NCBI RefSeq assembly: GCF_040938485.1
Contig: NW_027271164.1
Span: forward strand, 2,208,064-2,272,063
From: Diadema antillarum
Lineage: Eukaryota
Length of the DNA stretch: 64,000 nt
Reading direction: 5' to 3'
The notes under the pieces: generated by a model
What the model was told of the DNA's origin: nothing
The model's database searches: none
Seen by the model: only the letters and a program-made list of their open reading frames with translations
Shown here: in pieces, positions 51,606 to 62,394 of the stretch
How the letters are laid out: each line of letters starts with the position of its first letter
Position numbering within the stretch: the first letter of the stretch is position 1
Translations under genes and position numbers: made by a program

Positions 51606-52920
51606 CTGGAAGACAAAGTGAAGACAGTAGTCTCTAATATTCAGTCTTTAGGGACAGTGATTTTAAAGCATTTTTTCTTCTTGACCGTCATCATCATACA
51701 CAGAAAACAGATTCTCAGCAGGCTTGTACTGGAGAGCTGTCAAATTTTCTGAACAAAGGATTATTCTGAAACCACTTCATTATGGTAAATTCAGTGATAT
51801 ACTTTCCATGCCTTGAACTTGATGTGCACTAAGGAAATTGTTGACAATCATGTGCTTTTCTTTCTCATTTTCTGCCACAGTTTTTAAAGAATCTCCCAAT
51901 GACAGGCTCATGGTACAGTAAGAGTTTTAACAAACTCTCATTGTCATGATCGCAGACAGCCAACATTTAGTTTACATGAGCTATGTCAGGTTATACAGTT
52001 ACGAGACACACCTGCGAAATACTAAAAATCACTGGTACGTATCTCCATCCTCTGTGAGCACAATGAACTGATTGGCATTGAAAGATAACCATTTAAAGTA
52101 CCGTACTTGGAAAACGTGTAGTGATTATCAAGTGCAACTATTACACTTGCATTGCAAAAAAAAACAACAAAGTAATCTGAACAAAATCAAAATATTATGT
52201 TAATATTATGCTGCTGTGTACGAAACACGAATTCTAGTAAAAAGAAAATTGAAAAAAAATGGGTACTTAGAAAGAATTATTAATTATTGATGTTTAGCGA
52301 GTATAAAGAAAGATGGGAAACTGTGTGATGTGTGTGTTGAGCAGCTCTACATTTTTTTGAACACAAAAATTTCTTGAATTTTCATTTTCTCACATATTAG
52401 AGCACAGAGAAAACTTAGCGGTTGAGATGTGACAATTTTCCTATGAAGCAAAACTAAATTTGATTTCTTTTTTTAAATCAAATACAAACGGAATGGAGAG
52501 CTGCTTTACACCTACATAACATTAAGTTGCTAATTTGCATTCCTCTCCATACTTTGGCAGTTCATAACTTTTGTGTGTCTGATTTTCCCCCAAATTTTCA
52601 TTGATCTATTCTATATCACTACATGATAAAATGGAATTTCCCTTCAAATATTATACACAAAATGTAAACAGCAGCATATTTCTGTATCTATGCAGTACTA
52701 CATCAACTGAGGTAAAGTTTCTGGTTTCTTAGCCCTTACACAGCATTGACTTGACTCACAGTCTCATCTCCAATGACACATGACTCATGCCAAGTACAGA
52801 ACCTGCAAAAGCTTTTTGATAATCACATGCCTCTATTATGTGTTAGCCTCAAAATGGGTCAGTCCACTCTTTCATATCTCTTATCATTGACCTCAGTCTT
52901 GGTGTCTGGTTTTCTCTTAC

Positions 52921-52997
52921 CTTGAGAAGCTCAAACATGATGTGGTAGAGATGGGAGGGTACATACACCATGGTGATATCATCACTCTTGTCCCGAG
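52921..52997 (-). CDS. Pdk: PDK exon: (A)[25 protein letters not shown], donor |gtaaga
   Basis: Matches PDK [25 protein letters not shown]. Acceptor ctttacacag|. Confidence 0.9.
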
Positions 52998-53547
52998 CTG
53001 TGTAAAGTAAAACAAAGACCTTACATTATCAGACTTACTCCATGACACTTCACTCTTACAAGAGGATGGATGAAATTATCCAAGCTGAGTATTTTGAGCA
53101 CCAGTGCTTCAGGAGAAGAGTTGAAGATTCACAGTTATGCCTTATTATCATCTATAACGGACATTTTAGCGGCGCATTAAAAACGCGTATTGTTGTCCGC
53201 TCAATTTTTACCGTTCAATATCAGAGCATATTGAACGAAACGCATAGGCCAACGTATTAATTCTCCATAGGCTACCGTTGTTACTTGCCGTTCAAGATCA
53301 CACCATATTCAATTCTGTTTCGTCTATTGCGCGAGCGCTTGCTGAATGCGCAAACGCTTGCTACTAGTGTGCATCATTTTGTTACAATTCACAAGTGCGC
53401 AAAAATCTTGCTAGTTGTTTGTTTCATATGCAGTTTTAGGGGCTTCCCCTTTTCAGTGCTGAGATGTGACTGCCTAGTCAACTTCCAAGACGAGTAGAAG
53501 CCGGGTAATTTTGTGCAGTTTATGCTTGCTCTGCTTGATTGTATAGA

Positions 53548-53715
53548 TGATAATAATATAATGATTATATTGGATGGCCTTGATTCATGGAATACCAGGG
53601 CATATTGCACTCGTTAGGGTCAATATTGCACTCATCTTCGATTCATGTAATATTGGCCCTAACTCGTGCAATATTCCCTGGTATCCCATTCATAGCCATC
53701 CAATATAATATAAAT
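53548..53715 (+). repeat. Long near-perfect hairpin (arms about 65 bp) in a Pdk intron
   Basis: tattggatggccttgattcatggaataccagggcatattgcactcgttagggtcaatattgcac … gtaatattggccctaactcgtgcaatattccctggtatcccattcatagccatccaata. Confidence 0.65.
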
Positions 53716-53839
53716 ATCTTATCCATTGGTGTACTTTGGAAAACGTTATATCTATCAACAGCCTTGTCATACCTTGTACCACATAAATCCTGATATTCAA
53801 CTGACAAGACCAACATAGAATTGATTTGAATACTCCTGG

Positions 53840-53965
53840 GTACCGTTTCACGAAAGTTGTCAGCGCTGAAAAGTTGTCAGCGCTGACAATCACCATAGTA
53901 ACAGTCAGTGACAAGAGCGTCTCAGCCAATCAAAACCGAGGATTTTACTGAAATAGTCAGCGCTG
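53840..53965. promoter_or_regulatory. Three copies of a palindromic motif GTCAGCGCTGA(C). One is the perfect 16-bp palindrome TTGTCAGCGCTGACAA. All lie within 125 bp.
   Basis: ttgtcagcgctgaaaa gttgtcagcgctgacaat … atagtcagcgctgactat. Confidence 0.4.
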
Positions 53966-54528
53966 ACTATATTGATGAAACACCCCCCAGATCCTCCCCA
54001 GCTGTATCCCAATCAAATTAATAAATGATGGTATCATACTTCATGTTTCACTATGTTTCACAGAGCATTTCATCACTATCACCCTTTCAAAACAAACTCA
54101 AAGCATATGGACGTCTGGGCACGTAGACAAGTGACAAACTTGCAAAACATCAGGCCTTTGGCGCCTTCAATATAGAGACCTAAAAAGAATTCACTGTGGG
54201 CTCAAGAGAAATTTGACAGGAGCAGATAACAATATATCAAACACTCTGGAAAATCTTTCACAATATGTTTCTCATGACATGCCTGTCACATGCTGTTAGC
54301 ACATATTTCATTGCCACATTGCTTGACAAGCTAAAGAGCACTCAAACAGTGAACATGTGTTCTCCTATACAATTGAAAGAAATACAATCAGTATTTCTAT
54401 ATTGTCACATGACCAAAATGCAAATATATCACCATTTATGATTTTATGCTACATTGATATGATTGCTTGCTACTGGTAGAAAATAAGAGTAAAAGAGGTA
54501 GGAAAGTATCTCTAGGTCATGTACATAC

Positions 54529-54606
54529 CATCAATCCATCTCATGTCGATGTCAGGAGCGGCAAGATAATACTGATCGCACAAGAATCTGGCACTCTCGT
54601 AGGCAT
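54529..54606 (-). CDS. Pdk: PDK exon: (D)AYESARFLCDQYYLAAPDIDMRWID, donor |gtatgt
   Basis: Matches PDK [26 protein letters not shown]. Acceptor tttcacccag|. Confidence 0.85.
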
Positions 54607-54832
54607 CTGGGTGAAAAGAACCAACAATCATCATATTTGACTCATGACATTTGAACTTGGTACTTGATGTGACAGGACAGATTTCACTACAGTCATGGCA
54701 AATTCATAGCTGCATCTCCATGAGTTTATTTTTTTGAGATATTAAAAATGTCAGTGTAAACATACAAATCTATCCTCAGCATTATCAGGAACTGATTTGC
54801 GGAAGAATTGCATCATTGGTGTATCCTTTAAC

Positions 54833-55751
54833 CCTAAAGGGGCCGGGGGGGGGGGGGGGGGGATCCGCGCCCCCTCGACGTTTCGCGCTCTAATTCTGTA
54901 ACACAAGAAGACCTCGTCATGAGGCTTCTTGACTTTCTTTGTTCAAGTCTCACGCAACTGTAGAGACCAAATTTGCAACGTCCGCGCATACTTTTGCGAA
55001 GCCACGCCCATTTTTGTAATGGCATGTCGCCCTAAAACGGGCACAATTTTGTGATTTTGTGTACATTTCAGGGGTCGCACTTAACTTTTTTTTTTAACTA
55101 GCCAAGCGGACTACTTAGAATCAATTTTGACACTGAAGCAATATTTTGGCTAGCCAGACGGACTAGTAACTTCAGAATTTTATGATTTTTGGCTAGTCCG
55201 ACGTGATTTTGGGTGGCCAATGGCCTGCGGACCATCGCCAATTTCGAACCCTGCATTTCCTATGGAAAACAGTGCTCTGTCATCAAAGTCATTAAAATTT
55301 TTACAATTGATCACTTTCATTGATTAATCTTATGCTAATTATTGTAGAAAAGTGGTCAGTGACAATTTCCAATAAAAAAACAAAGAAAAAACAAAAGTTG
55401 AAAAACACAGAAATACATAAGAAATTCTGAAAACAATAAAATACATAAGAAATAAAATGACTTTTGGAAGTTTTTGTGATGTACAATTGTTGAATATGCC
55501 AAAACAAATTTACAGACCACAAAAGTAGGCTTTCAATGCTTTTAATTGGGCTAAAATATGATCTTGAGCTTAATTTGCATAATTAATTAATTAAAATTAA
55601 AAACTGATTGTTTCAAAAAATATTATGGCACAATCTTGTAGATTATGATGTGGGTGTCACGCATGCCAAATTTCGTCACGATTGCACCTCTGAGGCCGAG
55701 ATCTCAGGGGACAGGGCAGAATCCACCCCCCTCCGGTCTTAGCATAGCCAA
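54833..55751 (+). mobile_element. piggyBac-like non-autonomous element (about 919 bp). TTAA target-site duplication on both sides. TIRs CCCTAAAGGGGCC / GGCCTGATTAGGG. A poly-G(22) tract lies just inside the left TIR.
   Basis: Left junction TTAA|CCCTAAAGGGGCC and right junction GGCCTGATTAGGG|TTAA. piggyBac-superfamily elements insert at TTAA and their TIRs begin CCCTA-. No transposase ORF inside. Confidence 0.6.
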
Positions 55752-56216
55752 AAAAGCCTGGCCTGATTAGGGTTAAACAATTTTTTCTTTATTCTCTGAA
55801 TGTATCAACACTGAGGACATCAGAGAGACAGTAGCATGACAATCACAGTGAAGATAAGTTGATGTCATCTGACTATTACACACTAACACTGAGAATACTA
55901 CATACTGTAGAAAGGTAAAGCTCTTCTCTTCATCCTAACCATGAATGGTTTCTTTTTGAGACTTTTATTTTGTGAGTGAGTAGAACAGTGCCTGCATATC
56001 ACATAATGATTTTTTGATGCTGGAGGGAAAAGCAGCAATATTGTTCATATCTCAAATGGTATAAAAAGGACCTAAATATACTGATCCGTTGATTCATCTT
56101 AACTTCTCTAATCATAATTATCCAGTGAGTTGTCTACACATGATAGAAATGGGAACTAGAAACACAAAAATAAAAGGGCAATTCATACATTAGGGGCAAA
56201 ATGTGTTGAGCATTAC

Positions 56217-56303
56217 CTCGTATCACTGCTACGACATCACATCTTGGGTCTATACTGCCTATATGCAGAGGGTGTGTCTTGGGTGACCTCCCAAACATCA
56301 GAG
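56217..56303 (-). CDS. Pdk: PDK exon: (T)LMFGRSPKTHPLHIGSIDPRCDVVAVIR, donor |gtaatg
   Basis: Matches PDK [30 protein letters not shown]. Acceptor tcctcatccag|. Confidence 0.85.
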
Positions 56304-56403
56304 CTGGATGAGGAATGGAAGAAAAGATTGAGTTTATCAAATCTACCAAATCTACGTCCTGTACCTCCATATACCCAACACATACATTGTACCAGTGGTG
56401 GAT

Positions 56404-56436
<33 letters not shown>

Positions 56437-56442
56437 TAAACA
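56404..56442. repeat. Homopolymer G39 tract. Other G/C homopolymers of 10-26 nt lie at 2753-2776, 3101-3118, 3486-3496, 13466-13485, 14431-14448, 20508-20523, 20724-20735, 39898-39925, 54841-54862, 61431-61443 and 63115-63133.
   Basis: Direct reading. Several are followed by the shared motif CCCC(G)CCCCTTTACRGAATTCCTGGATCCRYCCCT (3513-3552 and 56478-56520). Confidence 0.9.
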
Positions 56443-57353
56443 ACAAAAAAAAAAAAAAAAATGAAATGTAACCAAGAAGTGGCACCCCCGCCCCTTTACA
56501 GAATTCCTGGATCCATCCCTTAGTGTGTACTTGTATAAACAGTCTTTGCTGCTCATTGCTTGGGCACAATTACAACTTGCTCAAGCATAAAGTATATGTT
56601 CCGCAGTTTGGACAGGAATACAACACTTTTAAAGGTTGGACAAACAAAAAGCGAAGGGGGCAGGGGTACCATCACAGTCGATCCCCCTGATTTACCTCAA
56701 GCCTACAACTGCAGTCTAACAAGGGGGTGCTGCATGATATACAGGGTATTTACAAAAACCACAAACAATACTGTTGCTTCACATGTGCATTGAATTTTTG
56801 TTCTCTCTTTGACAAACATGTGATGCCAAATAACAACCCTTTAAAGATACCTAGTCTGCTGTATGCAGAGCAGTGTGATGATTGGTGGAGAAGTTGAATT
56901 GATTGTTTGATAAACCATTCAAACATTGTAAAAATCCACCATTTCTGCTTCATAGACAATTAGAAAACAGTAAACTACAAACATGTGATCATAGGTCTTG
57001 CTTACGTAAAATCTTTTCTGAAAGGATGTTTCAGCAGTTACACATGTACGTGTCATTTTCAACAAATTGCAAAATACAATGTGGACTTGAATAGCATCAA
57101 CATTTTACTTTAACACACGATTGTGAGTTGCTCAAATTAGTTCAGTAGCATGGTATCAGTAACTACACTTCTGATCAGTGATTACCCTGTATTACATCAA
57201 AATATGATCCAATATTTTTACATGAAACTATATCAAAATGGAAATCATGTGTCATCTTGAATGAAAAACTGAAGATGGCAGTGCCTCGAGTCATGACAAG
57301 ATAAAAGTAGAATGAGTGAGAAGAGAAGAGAGGGAAGACCTGTGTCAACTCAC

Positions 57354-57474
57354 TGTGTTGGTTAATTAGCATCCTGATACCAATACGTGAGATGTAGAAC
57401 CTGTCTAGGAAGTACTGAATGTTGTTTTCTTCATGCTGATCCACCTTGTAGCTCTCTCTCATTTCAAGTACACC
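57354..57474 (-). CDS. Pdk: PDK exon: [40 protein letters not shown](T), donor |gtgagt
   Basis: Matches [43 protein letters not shown]. Acceptor tccttgacag|. Confidence 0.9.
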
Positions 57475-58393
57475 CTGTCAAGGACAGCACATCTATTAGT
57501 ACATCAGTTACAACACAACCAATGATGTTGTCATTTATGATATTTTTCAGAAGGCTTTGTAATGCAATAATCTTAACTACCTGGAAAAATTCTGAGATTA
57601 ATGCTGGGAGAACAAAGATTTTCAATGCAGCTTGAATGACCTTGCTTGTCCTACACAAATATATTACTAAGAAGCCAGTAGAAGTAGCGCAATCATCTAA
57701 ATAATTTGAAAACTGTCATAGTACTTTCTGTCACCAAAAATAATGCAGTTACCATGACAACAGCTCACTGGACACTCAAAAAACATTCCTTGCACATAAA
57801 CCTTCTAAGGTTGCTTATGTGCCAAGTTCAATTTCATTTCATTTCATTCATTTCCACTTTCATAATTGGTTTACAAACTTTGCATTAAAAACAAACAGAC
57901 AGACAAACAAACAAACAAACAACCAAAAGTACATGGTGTCATATATGATAGCGGCAGAATCATGAGAAGCACAAAGTAGGCTTACTGAAAATGATCCCTT
58001 AAGAAATATCATGCTGTAAATATGTGTAATCATTTACAATGAACAGTATAATCATTTGTAATTGAATTGAAACAAACATAAATACAAAATGCGAAAGGAT
58101 TCACAACTTCAAATGAACAAAAAAAGCTGGATACATGTAGATATGAAAGAAAAGAAGAAAACTCCACATTTAACTATTCATCAACTTGTAACTTACTATA
58201 ATTGCATCAAAAAGATGTTGTTTATGTAATCTTTTAAATTGTCTTACGGTCTTACTGATCCTGAAAACTATATCCAAATTATTCCATAAAATAGTACCTT
58301 CATATAGTGCTCTGTGAAGTTTTCTCATGTTGATATTACAATACTGATGACAATTTAAACAAACAAGAAAAAACATGTAAATAATGTACATAC

Positions 58394-58457
58394 CTGTGCC
58401 ATTGTCTCAACAACATTCATGTGTCGGTTTCGTATTGTTACAAGTTGGTCTGTAAAG
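58394..58457 (-). CDS. Pdk: PDK exon: (S)[21 protein letters not shown], donor |gtatgt
   Basis: Matches PDK [21 protein letters not shown]. Acceptor ttctctacag|. Confidence 0.85.
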
Positions 58458-58593
58458 CTGTAGAGAATAAACAAGAAATCAAGGTGAAAATAACAGATTT
58501 CTATTACAGGTATATTGATTTGTTCAAGAGAGATGTTTAAATATACTTTTTAGGAAGACATATTTAAAGAACATTGATAGTATAAGTACATGT

Positions 58594-59319
58594 ATATGTG
58601 ACCGTGCATCACAAAACGAACAAAAAGTCGCACACACTTATTTTGTGTGAGGATTGAAAATACGTTGTAGGTGAAATGGGTCAACCTAGCTGATCTTGAC
58701 TTTTTCATATTTTCTGAAAGAGCAAGTCTTCTTCTACATTATGCTAAAATTTGGGATCATAAAACGGGCAGGAAAGTGTGTTTTTTCAGCAGTTTTAATA
58801 TCTCGAACAGTTTTTTGGTAGAATAGTGTGATACAATGTAAGGTGTGTCTTTAGTGTCTTTTTTTTTTCATTTCTTAAAAACCTTGTACACACTCTCCCC
58901 TTTCAACTCAAATAACTTTTGAAAGGATGATGCTAAGTACTGCTTTGAAAGTTGGCATTAATCATGGACTGAATGTCTTAATAGAGCATTTTCAATTTCG
59001 GCTTAATCTGATAATCTCTTCATCGTTGTTACTCCAGTGGTTTACATCCTGTTTTTTGTCCCATTTATCTGACAGCCATCACGGCTTGGTAAAGATTAAG
59101 CGCTTGAATAGACCCTGTTCTTCAGAGCCTCTTTTCTCAGTTCACACTTTTACCCAAGTGTGTGCTTCCTTTCCAATATTTAGATAGGTTTAGGAGAGTC
59201 CATTTGATTTGAGTTATACATCATTTCAAAGCTTGAAGTCTGCTCTTTTAGAATATGCTCTTAACTAAAATTTCATGTCTGGCGAGTTTGTGTTCCTCTT
59301 GTGATACAGGGTCACATAT
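58594..59319 (+). mobile_element. Copy 2 of the same MITE family as the 9418-10114 element (inside a Pdk intron)
   Basis: Shared blocks, e.g. ggtcaacctagc…gacttttcatattttctgaaagagc…gtcttctt…taaaacgggc.ggaaagtgtgtttttt…ggtagaatagtgtga…ctgataatc.cttcat.gttgttactc…ggtaaagattaagcgcttgaataga…gagtccatttgatttgagttatacatcatt. Confidence 0.75.
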
Positions 59320-60087
59320 GTGTTTATATTTCAGTCATAACTCAACCAAAGCATGAACTGCATGTATCTTTAAACAATTGAAGTAGCGTGCTTTAACATG
59401 TGAATTGTGAATCAAGAGGTGCAATGTAAAGTATAAAGTTCAACACACATGCTATAAATATCTTTATCTGACCTGGCCTTTGGTGTAGGTGTTCAATATA
59501 CAAATATGTTTAAATCAATAATTCTCATTAAAAAATTATTTGAACTTGCTTGTCACGTGTACAGACAAGCACAGTTGAGAGTAAAGGACTCGCTAAATAA
59601 CACAGGTAAATAGTATGTTGTCAACACGTGATGTTGGTTGGTTCTCATGGATAAGACATTTTTCTCTATTTGCTGAAATGCAACAATTCATATCTGGTGC
59701 TTTCACTTCAATCACAAACAGTCAAATTGATTATGATTTGTAACATTACCAGTGAAATACCTGGACATGGATGCATTAATGAATGTGTTTATTCAACAAG
59801 GATGACTGACAGAACTACAGTATGTGAGGCATTGACTCACAGTTTGGCCATTTTACTCAGAGTTAACCCATTGGCATGGTAACAATTATGCCATCATTAG
59901 ATGTACAGGTGTATATGTTGCATACCATTCAGAGCACTTATCAGTAAGCTACACATTTGTATTGACGACTTTCAAATGCAAAACAGAGCTGTATTACAAT
60001 AAGTTAAACATGCTCACACTATAACCTTTTACCAGATGAAAGCACCCATAACACATGAGCTGCAAATTTTCCCATTTTCTCCATTAC

Positions 60088-60159
60088 CTTGATATTTGTG
60101 CTTTATCCTCCTCTGATAGGTCGGTGTAGTCAAGCAATTCTGTGAATGTTTGCTGATAC
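60088..60159 (-). CDS. Pdk: PDK exon: (W)YQQTFTELLDYTDLSEEDKAQIS(S), donor |gtaatg
   Basis: Aligns to PDK [24 protein letters not shown]. Phases join the neighbouring exons. Acceptor ttcatacag|. Confidence 0.7.
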
Positions 60160-61696
60160 CTGTATGAAGATAAACAAATTACATTACACAAGTTGTTTCA
60201 GAGGACCAAAAAAAAAAACCAAAATCATCATTATATTTCTCACCACAATAAGAGAGTGGTTTCACTCCTGGATGAAAACAAGAAATATTCATCATTACAT
60301 ATTTCAAAATTTGACTTTATTGCAGTCAGCCTGGTTTCGATGAATTTGCTTGCTTATATTACCAGGGATAAAACTGTAAAGGAGTGTTACATAGTCAAAA
60401 TGTAGCAAGCAATTAATTTGGAGCATTTTTATTTCATGGCTAGTATCATGTTGCATGAAATGCACAAAAATGTCCACATAGCATTTTTTTAACAACTTTT
60501 ACAGTGTCACAAATTCAAGTTCAAATTGGAAATACTAACAGCCCTTATCTGTTGGAAACTTGCTGCACAATTATCACACAGCCTACAGGATACAACTTCG
60601 AACGTCCTTCACACCTCTACACTTTCAAATTGCAAGTGTTCAGTATGCCACTGGCCACAAATACATTGTAGTTGTGTACAATTGGCAATGAAAGGTTATA
60701 TCAACGTATATATTGTGAGATCACACTGTGATATGTTGCATGCATTGGTACACCCAGTAAGCACTTTTTTCCCTTTTTTAAATATTCAAGTATTTTTTTC
60801 TTTTAAAAATGGAAAAAAAAAAATGTCTATATGCCTTATAAAGTTGTACTAGATAAAAACGTCATGCAACCACAGCATGCTGGTAAAGTTGGCAGAGTAT
60901 TATGCAACTATCATAGAGGCACTCATTTATTTACACTGTACATACTAGCAGTGCCAGTTTGTAACAAGGACATATAGTTTATTGACATGGTGTCATGAGT
61001 AATAAATTTAATAGTGCTGACACATGGTTAAAAACAATCAAATGGCCACGTTGGAGGCATACCGCAAGAACAGGACATTTCATCTACTTTTGGCCAAGGT
61101 CTAGATTTGCTCAGGGATACAGATGTACACTCTAATCACAGATAACAGATAAATGCAGTACAATGGAAGAGTATTTTGTACACTTGAATACAGACTTTAG
61201 TAAGCCAACAAACTTTGGACTCCATATCAATCTGCTCACAGTGACATACATTGCACACTAGAGTTTACACTGTAGTGTTAATACTGAGTGAAATATGGCC
61301 ACCAAACTTTGGTTAAATACAGCTGTACGTATCTTTCAATAGCATAATGTGATAAAATTGAGGTTCAAGCAGTGTGTCATCAATAAAAGTACTTTGACAT
61401 TGTCACTCTTTATGTCTAGGTCCCTATTTGGGGGGGGGGGGGGAATGAGCTGGAAGCAATGCTTTTCAGAAGCTCAGTTCTCTTAAGACGTGTAGAAAAG
61501 CATGTTATACAATTTTTTGGGAGTGACATTTCAGGAGCAAATAAACATGTTCAAAATTACAAGCACCTGCTGTAAAATGATACAATATTTGTTCTTCTGA
61601 TAAGAATTCACAAGGTGTTCTTCACCCATCTTTTTAAAGTCATCAAACAAGTCGTACATGGTATTAGACCTCACATTGCCAAATACATATCTTATA

Positions 61697-61960
61697 TTAC
61701 TGTAAAAGTGGATATTTTCGCGCAACTAATTTTTCGCGCTTGGCCGGGTAAGAAGAGTTTCGCATGTTTTAAATTCCGCGGAATCAAGACATCACGCACA
61801 GGAATATATGGCGAGCAAAAATATTCGTGTGCATTTATTTTCGCGCTAGTTTCTGGTTGCGCGAAATGCACGAAAACTTCAACACCGCGAAAATTTCCAC
61901 TATTACAGTATGAGGTACTAAGGGGTGTGAGGGGACTTTCAACTCACCATCCTTGCACAG
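61697..61960 (+). repeat. Dispersed repeat with TTTTCGCG motifs. A second copy at 63886-64000 is cut off by the window end, and a fragment lies at 63400-63470.
   Basis: actgtaaaagtggatattttcgcgcaactaatttttcgcgcttggccgggtaagaag… recurs almost verbatim at 63888. Confidence 0.7.
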
Positions 61961-62092
61961 TCCTGACAGACGGCATCTGTAGTAGTTTCTCTGGTAGTAG
62001 ATTGATTTCCCTCATAATATTAGCTATTCTCACTGGTAGTTCTTGCCGTAGAAATACATACGACTTGGCAGCATCTGAGCTTTGACTTTGAC
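61948..62092 (-). CDS. Pdk: PDK exon: (G)[47 protein letters not shown](W). Acceptor ttcctcatcgcag|, donor |gtgagt.
   Basis: Matches PDK N-terminal lipoyl-binding region [39 protein letters not shown]. Confidence 0.85.
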
Positions 62093-62336
62093 CTGCGATG
62101 AGGAATAAAAAGGAAACAAAAAAATGTGTGAGGTTGATAAAAATGAGAAAGATCACAGCATTTTGTTTATAGTCAATATTGTTCATAACAATCTTGACAG
62201 GAAATACTTATGGACAAATACTCTTAATTTCTGTAGTGCAACTTAATCCAGCAAGTACGTATACAATGTAGCAATGTATATTTTTAATACCATCAGTAAT
62301 GTAACCACTTTGTTTGAAAAAAGGAGAAACTAGTGT

Positions 62337-62394
62337 CGTCTTCACACCGTAGTTGCAGTTTTCATCCAATAATTTCTTAACCTGAAATGACATG
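62337..62394 (-). CDS. Candidate, weakly supported 5' coding exon of Pdk: MSFQVKKLLDENCNYGVKTTLVSPFFKQS + G. Weak donor |gttaca, correct phase 1.
   Basis: Only a loose alignment to the PDK N-terminus (…SPSPLSIKQFLDFG). The conserved DFG is absent. The true first exon may lie beyond the window end (64000) or be mis-modelled. Confidence 0.2.

Noticed and set aside
56134-56569. 140-aa and 110-aa - strand ORFs containing poly-Pro
   Set aside because: Driven by the G39 homopolymer (poly-CCC gives poly-Pro). Only the 56217-56303 segment is real coding sequence (a Pdk exon).
61531-61725. - strand ORF (…YVFGNVRSNTMYDLFDDFKKMGEEHL…) as the Pdk exon following …VQGW
   Set aside because: No acceptor gives the required phase. 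Its 5' part lies in the 61697-61960 dispersed repeat. The small exon at 60088-60159 fits the phase and the PDK alignment better.
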